From assembly GCA_964016885.1 (NCBI GenBank), contig OZ024741.1, positions 157,542,001 through 157,606,000 of the forward strand: a stretch of DNA of 64,000 nucleotides, given 5' to 3'. Position numbers and translations under genes: made by a program. The stretch is from Eledone cirrhosa (taxonomy: Eukaryota). The notes beneath the pieces are model-generated. The model worked only from the letters and a program-made list of their open reading frames with translations. It was not told where the DNA came from and did no database searches. Positions 25,769 through 38,830 of the stretch are shown here, piece by piece. Positions within the stretch are counted from its first letter, which is position 1, and the number at the start of each line of letters is the position of its first letter.

Positions 25769-26038
25769 AATATGGTTTTATAAATATAGTTTCCATTTAT
25801 TTAATATCATTGTTATATCATGATATATATATATATATATCATCATCATCACCATTATTATCATCGTTTTACATACATTTTTCCATGCTTACATGGATTG
25901 AGAAGGTCAAATATATAAATAAATATATATGAGTGTATATATATATATATTATATATATGTGTGTGTGTGTATGTGTGTGTGAGTGTTTGGCGTGTGTGT
26001 GTATGTATATATATATATATATACATATATATGTGTGT

Positions 26039-26118
<80 letters not shown>

Positions 26119-26224
26119 ATATATATATTAATAGATATATAATATTTATATCCAGCGTGTTACCAACCAATAAACATAATGAAGGAGTAGCCAATCGTCC
26201 TTGTTATTTTATTTCACTATAATA

Positions 26225-26476
26225 TATATACACAGAAACAAAATGGCGTAGGACAGAACAAAGGAGAGGCACAAAAACAAAGAAAAGAATCCCCAGTCAC
26301 TGAAGAGGTCACAGAATGTGTGACGAAAGAACTTTGACAATATATAAACAACTATCTGGTTGTGGAACCAACCAACCAACCAGAAATTTATAAATTCCTA
26401 AATTTATTATAATAAATTGAAGTGAAAGCAACTGGTGCGTGTGTTTCTTATTGGCAACATGACCCTACCAAAGTAT

Positions 26477-26482
<6 letters not shown>
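26225..26482 (+). mobile_element. HHR-bearing short repeat (family H2 carrier) next to (TA)n
   Basis: Reverse-complement copy at 62960-63175. Ends GTATAACAATATATA, like the arms of the giant inverted repeat. Confidence 0.65.
26295..26339 (+). ncRNA. Minimal type-I hammerhead motif (family H2)
   Basis: gtca CTGAAGA g gtcaca-gaatg-tgtgac GAAA gaac TT^ tgac. Confidence 0.6.
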
Positions 26483-26529
<47 letters not shown>

Positions 26530-26840
26530 GTCGATCGACTTTCATCAAGTCGGACCGAGGAAACAATGTTTCCATTGGTCTTTCCAATTGCTAATACTTT
26601 CTATCGGTTGCAACTCCAGGTAGAAGGAACAATGTGAAATGAATGTCTTGCTCAAGGACATAACGCATCGCCCGGTCCAGGAATGAAACTTACAACCTCA
26701 CCATTGTGAATCCAATTCTCTTACCACTCAGCCACACGCCTTTACCATATATATATATATCATCGTTTTTTTCATCATTGTTTTTACAGCGCTTTTCCAT
26801 GCTTGCATATATATATGTATATATATATATATATAAATGC

Positions 26841-26891
<51 letters not shown>

Positions 26892-26918
26892 GCATATAAT
26901 ATATATATATATAAATGC

Positions 26919-26955
<37 letters not shown>

Positions 26956-27013
26956 GCATATAATATATATATATATAAATGCATATAATATATATATATA
27001 TATATATAAATGC

Positions 27014-27090
<77 letters not shown>

Positions 27091-27116
27091 GCATATAATA
27101 TATATGCATTTATATA

Positions 27117-27421
27117 TCCACACCACCCCTTCCAATGTAAAGTTATGTTGGTACCACATCCAGTTCGAAACAAATGAGGGCGTGTAGGTGTCACGACAAA
27201 AAAACACACAGTCCACGCTGTAATGTGACCGTGTAGATAACACGGTAAAAACTTCCCAGTCCACACTGTAAACGTGGTTGGTGTTAGGAAGGGCATCCAG
27301 CTGTAGAAAACCCGCCAGACAGTCCTATACAAGCAAGACAACCAATCTTGCCTCAAGTGGGAAAATTCCCGTCCAAACCCATGCTAGCGTGGAAGATGGA
27401 CGTTAAATGATGATGATGATA
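27117..27421 (+). mobile_element. RTE LINE 3'UTR fragment
   Basis: Matches 7620-7947. Confidence 0.8.
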
Positions 27422-27506
27422 TATATATATATATATAACGAAGTAGTTGTGGTAAGGAGCCAGATGGACCATAACGCAACAGAGTACTCAATACTTAGGG
27501 TAATAG

Positions 27507-27614
27507 GAGAAAGTATGACCCCGACGGCAGAGTTCAACCCGTTTTGACGGTATTTCTAGACAGTCCAGAAATAGCCGTCGAAACGGCTTGAGCTCTGCCG
27601 TCGGGGTCATACTT

Positions 27615-27618
<4 letters not shown>
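27507..27618. repeat. 112-bp hairpin between (TA)n tracts
   Basis: gagaaagtatgaccccgacggcagag pairs with ctctgccgtcggggtcatactttctc. Confidence 0.85.
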
Positions 27619-27693
<75 letters not shown>

Positions 27694-27768
27694 ACTCTCA
27701 ACCGTGAAACTAAAAACCATATCATTTGTGCTGCCTCTCTGTTTGTTGTTCCCTGTTCATTTATTCAA

Positions 27769-27812
<44 letters not shown>

Positions 27813-28721
27813 CGTGTGTGTGTCTGTATACACTACAAACTCTACAGATTGTATAGCGATCATATTTAAAGAACATGCTCAAAGCTGGCAAAAAAACAAA
27901 AAAAAATCTATGTTACACAAATTGTAAAACACATTGACATTCTCTTCTTGGACAAACTTCAGAAAAAAATCTTTTCATTGCAGAAAGTTTTATAAGAGGT
28001 TATCTTATTTTTCAGGCTTTTAATCAGCCACACAACAGCGAAATTAATTTTTTTTCCATTATAATTCTACTTGCAAGTAAAAGGCTGATTCACTTTGATA
28101 ATATTTACCTAGTTTCCAAAAATAACTTCATGATTCTCAGTTTCAGACTTCGCCAAAAAAAATAAAAAAGTCAAATATTCTTCTTCTCTAATTTGGGTAG
28201 ATGGGAACTGTTTGGAAGCCTGTTGGATGGGTTGTACTTGTAATTTAAACATCAAACTGTCTGAATAACACACTACCTGAAACCATGACAGATAATATTA
28301 GATATCAGTAATTAAATTATGTTGAAGGTTAGTTATTTCACTATTCAAGAGAATTGAAACTGCAATGTAGAATTCTGCCTAATCATCGCTGCTTGGCACA
28401 TCTATATTTACATATATTAACACATATGTGTAATTATCTTACTTACATATATTAACACATAAGCGAAATATTTGTGTTAATATATATAAATAATATATAA
28501 ACATTTGTTTTGATGTGAATATCTGAATGATATTTCAGCATTGTTTTGAAAGGAATCGTTCACTAGTTACTAGATCTAGATGTTGTCTGGGAAAAGAAAA
28601 CAGAGGAGAGACACAGCTAACAATTTAAGAGGAGGAGAAATAAATTATATTGACCCCAGTACTTCATTGATATTTTATACTATTGAACTAAGATGAATGA
28701 AAAGCAAAGTTGACCTTGGCA

Positions 28722-29110
28722 GGATGAGGTGGCACAAGAGAAAAAGAGAGAAAAGTACCAGAAATTTGTGGAGAATTACTGCAGAAAGAGGAGGAAAGCC
28801 AGTGAAAGATGGCAGCCAAGGCTTGGTAGGTTGTTTCTTGAGTAAAGCCTAAGACCCTGGACATTACAGGATCAAGCAGGAGGTGAGTTATCAAAATCAA
28901 TGTGGAAGCAGCAGAGAGGTCATCTAGATGGCTAACGTTAAAGAGAAAAGACCAGTGGAATCAATAGTATGCATGTTACTAGGACACATACTGAGACTAG
29001 ATCAACCTCAGTTGAGTCACCTGGATGAGGGTGCTTATTGTAACACCCTCTGAAACACCCAGTGTCTGTAGGATGCAACACTGATGATGTGTTCAGGGAT
29101 TTGCATCTGT
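28722..29110 (+). mobile_element. Decayed RLE-type (HERO-like) non-LTR retrotransposon 3' end
   Basis: EVAQEKKREKYQKFVE.. and ..EAAERSSRWL.LKRKDQW*. 3'UTR ggacaca..gagggtg..gaaacaccc..actgatgatgtgttc. Confidence 0.5.
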
Positions 29111-29669
29111 GGATATTTGAAGACTTTCAATTTTTATTAGTTTTAGTCATTGAAATGTATCTTTAGTGAGGCATCAACTTCAAGTGGTTTAGTCGATTCT
29201 ATCAATCCCATGAAACATTGATCATGGAAAGATGAAAGAAAGGCAAAGTGAAATAATCGATCTAGCTTGAATTCATAACATAAAAGAACATTTTATGATT
29301 TTGTCAGTTGACCAACCACTGCTAATGTAGGTACGGAGACATATTGTATTGATGAGGTTGTTTACACCACATGTGCTCAGAAACTCATGTCAAGTTCCTC
29401 TCCTTGCAGTCTCAGGTCTCTTTAAACGCTCTTAATTTTGAATTGTTATCTAGTCATTTTTACACACAATCCCCATAAATACATGCAAGCTTTTCAAACA
29501 TCAATAATTGTCATCTAATCATTATACTTTTACAGGATTAATTACTGAAATAATTTATTTAAGCAAATTACTTTAAGATTTTTGTAAACTGTTAATACAT
29601 GATCTGTTTTATAATTTATATTAGTATTTCATTTGATATATATAATATATATATATAATATATATATAT

Positions 29670-29755
<86 letters not shown>

Positions 29756-30042
29756 GATGACAGATAGAAATTCTTAAATTACAATTGTTTCAACACAAAA
29801 GATGCATGTGTGTGTATGTGTGTTCTTTCTTGAATATGGCAGACCTTGTTGTCTCTTGAGGTCACTGGTTGTACTTGGTATGAACATAAAGTAAGATAAA
29901 TGAAAAAAAAAAAAAATAATAATAATAATAATAATAATTGTTTCTACTTTAGGCACAAGGCCAGCAATTTCCCAGTGCATTACTGATACTTTATTTTATC
30001 GACCCCGTAAGGATGAAAGGCAAAGTTAACCTCGGCGGGAAT

Positions 30043-30325
30043 GATTTCATTTATTAGCCACAAAGGCCGACATGTAGGGGACAATACAAAGACAGAGACA
30101 GTGGGGGTTTACAATAAGGTCGAGTAAAAGTGCACAATAGCAAGACTAATTTAACAATGAAGATATAAAAAATATAAAATAAACTATGCATAAATATAAC
30201 AAAATAAATTCCCCTATAGGAGGTGGACGACCCAGGGGTGACTCAGGTACCCCACCAATCCTGAACCACCCTGCGCTTCTAGGGAACCCAGGGAGAGCAC
30301 CCCTCTCCTCAAGTTAGCTAGCCTA
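30043..30325 (-). mobile_element. Tx1/L1-type 3'UTR fragment
   Basis: Minus-strand end ttgtattgtcccctac..gtggctaataaatgaaa resembles the end of the 56835-59830 element. Confidence 0.5.
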
Positions 30326-30326
30326 A

Positions 30327-30380
<54 letters not shown>

Positions 30381-30382
<2 letters not shown>

Positions 30383-30740
30383 GACACGAGAGTGCAAGAG
30401 AAGGAGAGGGAGAAAATTAACCGATACCAGGACCTAAAGTGGGAGGTGAAAAGGATTTGGAACTGCCATGAAGTCAAAGTGATCCCGATTGTCATAGGCG
30501 CACTGGGGACTATCTCCAAAAGTTTCCAGGGATGGTTAAAGAAAATCGGCCCCTTCACGCTTTTTGGAACGCTTCAAAAGGCATGCTTGCTTGGAACAGC
30601 AGGAACCCTCCGATACGTCCTGAATATCTGAGGCTGCAGGTAGTGGCTTGATATTCAATCCAACGGACTTTCCAGTTAACCAACATCAATGACTGAGATT
30701 CAAGGAATAACAATAACAATAATAATAATAATAATAATAA
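30381..30740 (+). mobile_element. Short 5'-truncated copy of the adjacent R4/Dong element, in (AAT)n
   Basis: Nearly identical to 33077-33405. Flanked by AAT repeats. Confidence 0.9.
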
Positions 30741-33409
30741 TTGAGTCATGAAAGCTTGAGTCACTACTGAATGGGACACTAAAAAACATAGGCACTAAAA
30801 ATAGACTGGAAATAAAATACAAAACTAGGAGGAAAAAGCTAAATATTATCATAGAGGAACTGAAGCAACGCATTGTAGCAAAGAGTGCAAAAATCAGGCG
30901 ATACGAGAACAGAGTCAGTCAGTATAAACAGAACCGCATGTTCGACAACAACCAGAAGATGCTGTTTGGACAGCTTGAGGGGAAAGAAAGAGGCAACGAC
31001 TTGATCCCTGGGGCGGAGCAAACTAAAACGTTCTGGAGAGGAATATGGGAGCAGGATGTTAGACACAATGCCCAGGCAGGGTGGATTGAGACAGTACAGA
31101 GGGAGATCGGTGAGCAGGCACAACAACAAACTGATTTGAGTATCACAGTTGAAACTCTTAAGGGGCAGGCCAAAAAACTAACCAACTGGAAATCACCAGG
31201 CCTAGATGGTGTGCAGGGGTATTGGATTAAACATTTAACATCCCTCCACCCGAAGCTGACGGCCATGTTCAATGACTGCTTGGTGTCGGGTGAGGTGCCA
31301 GAGTGGTTGACAAAAGGTACCACAGTTCTGATAATGAAAGACCGAATCAAGGGTAATGATGTTACCAACTATAGACCTATCACATGTCTGTCCGTAATGT
31401 GGAAACTGTTGACGAGCATTGTGTCTGAGGAAATCTACCATCACCTCCACACAAACAACTTGTTACCGGACGAACAGAAAGGATGCCGAAAGAAGTCACG
31501 TGGTACAAAGGACCAGTTACTTATTGATAAGATGGTAATGGGGAATTGCAGGAGGAGACACACTGATCTTGCCATGGGATGGATAGACTACAGAAAGGCA
31601 TTTGACATGGTGCCTCATTCCTGGATCACCAAAAGCCTGGAGATCTTCAGGGTGGCAGATAACATCAGACAGTTGCTAGGCAGGAGTATGGGGTCCTGGG
31701 AGACAGAGTTGACATCAACTGGAGTATCCTTGGGAAGCGTGAAGATCAAGAGAGGTATCTTCCAGGGAGATAGCCTGTCCCCTCTGTTGTTTGTCCTTGC
31801 CCTGATGCCCTTGACCATTATGCTGCGAAAAGTGAGAGCAGGATACAAGTTGGGAAGGGGAGAGCTTACCATCAAATCACCTCCTCTTCATGGACGATCT
31901 TAAGCTCTTCGGGAAAAGTGAGAAGGAGTTGGATGTGCTTGTTGACACTGTCCGTATTTTCAGCAGTGATATATGTATGCAGTTTGGTATTGGTAAATGT
32001 GGAGTCATTGTGATGAAGAGGGGTAGGTTGAGCAGAAGTAACGGGATCCAGATACCAACAGGTGAGATGATAAAGGAAATTGACTCTGAGGAAGGATACA
32101 AGTATTTGGGCGTTCTGGAGGCTGATGGCATAAAGAACAAAAAAATGAAGGAATTGTTAAGAACTGAATACATTCGGAGAGTAAGGAGCGTATTGAAGTC
32201 ACATCTGAACAGCAGAAATGCCATAAGCGCAGTAAATTCCCGAGCTGTGTCTATTATTAGGTACAGTGCGGGAATTCTGAGATGGAATGTTGCTGAACAA
32301 AAAGAAATGGATAGGAAGACTAGGAAGCTATTGACTATCTACAACATGTTCCACAAGAGGAGTGATGTCGATAGACTCTACCTAAGGAGATCTGAGGGTG
32401 GAAGAGGTCTTATCAGCATAGAGGACTGTGTTCAGATGGAGAAAAACAACCTATACAAATACGTGACCTATAGTAAGGAGCCAATGCTCAGAACTGTACT
32501 GAAGGAGGGGACAGTAGGCCAGGGGATGTCCAAGGAGGAAATAACATCAAGGAGGAAGAGCAGCCTTAAGGGAAAATCCCTTCATAGTACCTTCTTTGAG
32601 AAAACTGAATTTAGAGATCCACAGACATGGAACTGGTTGAGAAGAGGAGACCTCAAAAAGGCTACAGAAGGAATGCTAATGGCTGCGCAGGAGCAGGCCC
32701 TCAAAACGAAGTGGTTGAAGCACCATATCTACAAGGAGGAGGCTAGCCCACTGTGCAGGATATGTGGAGAGAGAGAGGAGACTGTGGCTCACATTGTGTC
32801 CGAGTGTAAACACCTAGCCCAGACCCACTATAAGGGCTGGAGACACGATGTGATGGGCAGGGTGATCCACTGGCACCTGTGCAAAGTAAACAATTTACCA
32901 CATTCTGAGAAATGGTATGAGCATAGGCCAGAGGCGGTGATGGAGAACAATCAGGTGAAGATGCTGTGGGATTTTAGGATACAGACGGACAAAAAACTGG
33001 AACACAATAGACCTGACCTGGTGGTTGTGGACAAAGAAAAAAGATCGTGTCTGATTGTGGATGTAGCCTGCCCGTTCGACACGAGAGTGCAAGAGAAGGA
33101 GAGGGAGAAAATTAACCGATACCAGGACCTAAAGTGGGAGGTGAAAAGGATTTGGAACTGCCATGAAGTCAAAGTGATCCCGATTGTCATAGGCGCACTG
33201 GGGACTATCTCCAAAAGTTTCCAGGGATGGTTAAAGAAAATCGGCCCCTTCACGCTTTTTGGAACGCTTCAAAAGGCATGCTTGCTTGGAACAGCAAGAA
33301 CCCTCCGATACGTCCTGAATATCTGAGGCTGCAGGTAATGGCTTGATATTCAATCCAACGGACTTTCCAGTTAACCAACATCAATGACTGAGATTCAAGG
33401 AATAACAAC

Positions 33410-33410
<1 letters not shown>
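30741..33410 (+). mobile_element. R4/Dong-clade non-LTR retrotransposon (RT, CCHC, RLE), 5'-truncated, one frameshift near 31870
   Basis: ORFs 30938-31903 and 31890-33326: WKSPGLDG, YRPITCL, GIFQGDSLSP, (F)MDD, CRICGEREETVAHIVSEC, RHD, RPDLVV..DVACP..EK..Y..L. Inserted in (AAT)n. Confidence 0.92.
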
Positions 33411-33476
<66 letters not shown>

Positions 33477-33591
33477 CTTTCTTTATTTTTTTATATTTTT
33501 ATTTTTTATATTTTTTTATTTTTTTTTTTTTTTATTTTTTTTTTTTTTTATTTTTTTTTATTTTTTTTTTTTTATTTATTTTTTTTTTTAT

Positions 33592-34437
33592 TCCATCAGT
33601 GGTTGGCATCCTCTGGACTGAAATCGGAGACTGAAGGACTGATTATATCAACACAAGATCAGTGTCTGCCAACAAAAAAATGATCAAGCCAACATAATAA
33701 AAAATGGATGCAACCCATTATGCCGTGTATGTAAAAAACAACCAGAGACCATTGATCATATAATTTCAATGTGCAGTCCTATAGCTCCAACCGAATACCT
33801 AAACAGGCATGACAGAGCTGCACAATACATACATTGGATAATGTGTAAGCATTTTGATCTGCCCCATCAAAAGAATTGGTGGGAGCATCAACCACCTCCC
33901 GTACTTGAAAAAGATCACATCTCGATCTTGTGGAACTTTACCATCCAAACAGACAGAAAAATAGACCTGATATACTGAAGGACTTTAAAAAGAGGGTATG
34001 CCTGCTAATTGATATGTCCGTTCCAATAGACAAGATTGTATCTATAAAAACATTTGAAAAATTGAGCAAGTATAAAGACCTGGAGATAGAAATTGGAAAA
34101 ATGTGGAAGTTGAGAACTAAAACAATACCAGTGGTTGTAGGTGCTCTAGGAATGATACCTAAGGGGTCTAATGATTACTTATCCCAAATACCAGGAAACC
34201 TACGTATAGAAGAAATACAAAAGATAGTACTAATGGGAACTGCCCATATACTAAGGAAGATTCTGTCAATATAAGTACATCACAAGTCTAAACACCTAAA
34301 GATGCATGTGTATGTATGTTCTTTCTTGAACATAGCGGACCTTGTTGTCTCTTGAGGTCACTGGTTGTGACTTGGTGATAACTCGTATGAACATAAAGCA
34401 AGATAAATGCAACTAACAGAATGCAGAATAAATAATA
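33592..34437 (+). mobile_element. Second, decayed R4/Dong-type RLE element 3' part
   Basis: HQWL..LKSETEGLII..QDQ, CRVC..ETIDHI..C, RHD, RPD..IDMSVP..EKLSKYKDL, with stops and frameshifts. Its 3'UTR is also present at 29800-29905. Confidence 0.8.
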
Positions 34438-34438
34438 A

Positions 34439-35059
34439 CTAGCAGAATGGCCCGGCATTGCTCGGGATTTGCTCTATGGTTCTTATATATTTGATATATA
34501 TTTATCCTTATTGAGCCTTGTGAAATAAATACGTTTGTTTATATTTTGTTATTGTGTATGCAAAAATATCTGTACACGAATATATAATTATATATATATA
34601 TATCAAAATAACAGATTAAAGTTTAAGCAAAGAATCGCAGCTTTCACCCTTAATGGGATCTTCTTAAACTAAAAAAAATCAATCTGTGAACACAGAAGAA
34701 AATATTTCGAAAAACATTACACACTATATATATATATATACACACACTATATATACATATACACACAGACACACACACACACAGCGTCATAATGTGGTAA
34801 TGCAGACAGCCAGACATACAGACAGATATTATAAGGACGCAACATTATATCTATGTATCTATCTAAAAAGAAAGACTAAGAATTATAGAGAGAGATCGCT
34901 AAATTGCCTAATGCATTAAACATTTGAATTTTTTGCTCAGAACACTCAATAGGACCATAAGTATTACATGTGTAAAGTTAGAAAACAATCAATTGAGCGG
35001 TTCTCGAGTTTTAGGGAGTCAGACAGACAGACAGACATGCTCTGTTTTAGATATAGAGA
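34439..35059 (-). mobile_element. Non-autonomous Helitron-like element
   Basis: Minus strand: A|TCTCTATATCTAAAAC..(GTCT)n start, a CCCGAGCAATGCCGGG hairpin, then CTAG|T end. No TSD. Confidence 0.75.
34620..34670 (-). ncRNA. Variant hammerhead-like motif (family H3) inside the Helitron
   Basis: Minus strand: agttt AAGAAGA t ccc-attaa-ggg t GAAA gc..ttgc TT aaact. Confidence 0.35.
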
Positions 35060-35061
35060 TA

Positions 35062-36447
35062 ATAATAATTGTTTCTACTTTAGGCACAAGGCCAGCAATT
35101 ACCCCAGTGTATTACTGGTACTTTATTTTATCGACCCCGTAAGGATGAAAGGCAAAGTTAACCTCGGCGGGATTTGAACTCAGACCGTAAAGGGACATAA
35201 CTATGCTGGAAAGCATAGTGTCCGACCCTCTACCAATACTGCCAATCCAATAATAATAATAATGGTTTCTTATATAGGCACAAGGCCAGCAATTTTGGGG
35301 GGAAGGGAAAGTCGATTACATCGACCCCAGTGCGTGACTGGCAATTTGTTTCATCGACCCCATAAGGATGTAAGGGAAAGTTAACCTCGGCGGGATTTGA
35401 GGTTAACTTTGCCTTTCATCCTTACACGGTTGATAAAATAAAGTACTAGTAATCACTGGGGTTGATTTAATTAACTTTCTCCTCCCTCCAAATTGCTGGC
35501 ATTGTGCCTATAGTAGAAATAAAGCACTAGTAATGCACTGGGGTCGATTTAATTGACTTTCCCTTCTCCCCAAATTGCTGGTCTTGTGCTTATAGTAGAA
35601 ATCATTATTATTATTATGACAGATAGAAGAATAATAACTTCCATCTGTCATTTTAATTTGTTTTACACGCTCTCTGTTAGAAATGACACTTCTTATACTC
35701 TTAAGATTCTGCTCATTATATTCCTATCTGTAAGTGTGTTAACAGATTGAGCTTAAATTTACTCATTCACAATTTCTCTTCAAGTAACTCTATGTGTATA
35801 TTTTTCTAATATATTATTAACCGAGGTTAACTTTGCCTTTCATCCTTACGGGGTCGATAAAATAAAGTACCAGTAATACACTGGGCAATTGCTGGCCTTG
35901 TGCCAAAAGTAGAAACAATTATTAAAAATATATAAGAAAAAGCTATATATGTATATATGTGTGTATAAATCTATGTTCATGTGTGTGTTTATACATATTT
36001 GATACAACCATATAGTTACTTCTTGCTTGTGTTATATATATGTATATATATAATTGTTTCTACGTTAGGCACAAGGCCAGCAATTACCCAGTGCATTACT
36101 GGTACTTTATTTTATCGACCCCGTAAGGATGAAAGGCAAAGTCAACCTCGGCGGGATTTGAACTCGGAATGGCAAGTGCCGTATGGCAAATACGTCAAAG
36201 CATGGCGTCCGACCCTCTACCAATACTGCCAATCCACCGCCCCTATATGTATATATATAATTGTTTCTACTTTAGGCACAAGGCCAGCAATTACCCAGTA
36301 CATTACTGGTACTTTATTTTATCGACCCCGTAAGGATGAAAGGCAAAGTTAACCTCGGTGGGATTTGAACTCAGACTGTAAAGGGACGTAACTATGCTAG
36401 AAAGCATGGCGTCCGACTCTCTACCGATACTGCCAATTCGCCGCCCT
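35062..36447. mobile_element. Cluster of SINE family A copies in both orientations
   Basis: Copies at ~35065, 35260, 35400, 35820, 36050 and 36258. Confidence 0.8.
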
Positions 36448-36597
36448 AAAAAATATATATAATAGTAGCAGATTTGCATCCGATTAATTTTCGAAGACTG
36501 TCACAAAGCACTCGATGATAGAGTAATTAATAAATTTCTCCTCAGAGTGAACACAAGAAGTTAGGTAATAGTGACACAATGAATAAATATATATACA

Positions 36598-37780
36598 TAT
36601 TTAATACAATAACAGAGATAGCTTAAAGCTAAACTCTGACTGGTAACCATCTCACTCAACAAACATTAGGTTATATGTTAGTATAAACCTAATTTAAGTG
36701 TTTGGGCTGCTAACTATATGTATTATGTGGAAAGCCAGTTGTATTATTTTATGAGATATAATTAAAGTTAAAATATATCTCTCTTTCCAAACAATTGTTT
36801 CATTATAAGTTTTCTACAAATTGGGAGAATGTTTCCAGTTTATGTAGAAGTCTAACATATATTCATGTAAGAATATATTTAGGTGGGCGCTTATAAATCA
36901 TCAGTGGAAGCCCATTAAACTTTGATATAAGAAAAAATTCTTACCGCAGTTAAAAATCGTGTCTGCTAAGCTGCTCCCTCACGCATCGAATGACCACCAA
37001 ATTTGAAATTCCAGCAGTTTTTGACTGAGGAAGTATTATAGCGTCACGAAGTGGGAAGGGGAGACAACCAATACACGAGAAAAGAAAAAATAATATTCAC
37101 GCGGGTTAATTAGTTTTTTCAAAAAACATTATCAATCCAACGTGTTAAGAACTCAATTGAAATTAAAAAAATAAATGCATGCGTGTATTAATTATACACG
37201 CATATAGATATTTTCTTAGGCTAAAAACAGAAGTTGTACCCGAATAACAAACCGCATTTCATAACCGTAGTAAATACGGAAAGTTACGCTTTAAAGGGCA
37301 ATCGGGAATGTAAATCTCTGGCCGAATTAAGAGTAAAATATTAAATATACGTGGGTTAATTAATTATTTCAAAACTAATATCAATTCCACGTGTTAAGAA
37401 CTCAATTAATTTTAAAAAAATAGAAGTATGCATGTAATTATTTACACAGGCATATATATATTTTCTTAGGCTAAATACAGAGAAGTGACAACCAAAAAAC
37501 CAACATATCACACAACAGTAATAAATACGGAAAGTCATATTTATAAGGTACCTGGAAATAAATACCTCTGGCCAATCAAGAGTAAAATATTTAATACAAT
37601 AACAGAGATAGCTTAAAGCTAAACTCTGACTGGTAACCATCTCACTCAACAAACATTAGGTTATATGTTAGTATAAACCTAATTTAAGTGTTTGGGGTGC
37701 TAACTATATGTATTATGTGGAAAGCCAGTTGTATTATTTTATGAGATATAATTAAAGTTAAAATATATCTCTCTTTCCAA
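36598..37780. repeat. Near-identical ~190-bp direct repeats (36598-36790, 37588-37780) enclosing a diverged ~250-bp tandem pair
   Basis: aacagagatagcttaaagctaaactctgactgg.. occurs twice. 37100-37352 resembles 37352-37600. Confidence 0.8.
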
Positions 37781-37845
37781 TATATATATCTCTCTTTCAA
37801 ATATATATACATATATATTTATTAAAATAACAGATTAAAGTTTTT

Positions 37846-37896
37846 AGTTTCAGAAGATCCCATTAAGGGTGAAAGCAACGATTCTTTGCTTAAACT
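37846..37896 (+). ncRNA. Variant hammerhead-like motif (family H3)
   Basis: agttt CAGAAGA t ccc-attaa-ggg t GAAA gcaa-cgattct-ttgc TT^ aaact. Sits inside the hairpin 37815-37920. Confidence 0.5.
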
Positions 37897-38309
37897 TTAA
37901 TCTGTTATTTTAATAAATATTTACTCTACGGTTCTTATATATTTGATATGTATTTATCCTTATCAAGCCCTCTTTGGATTTTAGTCTTCAAATTTATTAT
38001 TATTACTATATATGCATAAAATGTACAACATTCTTTCCCAGTTTGGATACCCAGTTTCCATTTCCTTGTCTGAGAGCCAAGTGCCTCTCTTTTGAAAATT
38101 ATGTTAGAGTTTAACATGTGTGTATAATGACAAACACACATACGCACACATATTTGTATGCATTGTAATACTAAATAATAGCACAATACATCAGAGGCAG
38201 ATTTACCATACAGCCATTTGGACAATTCCTGATGGGTCCTGGGCTGGATAAAAAACTATCATGAAAATCTGAAGCCATAATCACTCACAAGAATAGAAAT
38301 GAAAATGAA

Positions 38310-38830
38310 AAGTGCCTCTACTAGGCAGTAAAAGCATGCCACTAGCTCTTAGTAGTCAACAGGTAGTTAGTGTCACCTTAGCTGAGCAGGGAAAACCCAC
38401 CTCTGGTCCTCAGCAGTCAACAATCTACTAGTCAGTGTCACCATAATTAGGCAGTGAAAGCACACCTCTAGATTTCAGTTGTCAGCAGTTAGTCCCCTTA
38501 AATAAACAGTGAAAACCTGCCCCTGGCCCTTAGTCAGTGTCATCTTTTCTGAGCAGTGAAAATCTACCTCTGGACTTCAGTTGTCAGCACTCTGTTAGTG
38601 TCACCTTAAATGAACAGTGAAAACATGCCTCTGGTCCTAAATGCTCAATAGTCTGTGTCTCCTTAGATGAGCAATGAAAATGCACCTCTGGCTCTCGGCA
38701 GTCAGTCATCCATCCATTAATTGGTGTCTCTTTAAATGAGCAGTGAAGACGCATTTCTGGCCCTCATCTCTCTGTTAGTCAGCATTGCCATAGCTGAGCA
38801 GTGGAAATACACCTCTGGTTTTCAGCAGTC
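38310..38830. repeat. Degenerate ~46-69 bp minisatellite, ~9 units
   Basis: Recurrent gtgtcaccttagctgagcagtgaaaacacacctctgg..cag. Confidence 0.75.

Noticed and set aside
26690-27356. Long YI-repeat ORFs (also at 18288-18820, 25907, 55845-56378)
   Set aside because: Stop-free translations of (TA)n or (CA)n microsatellites.
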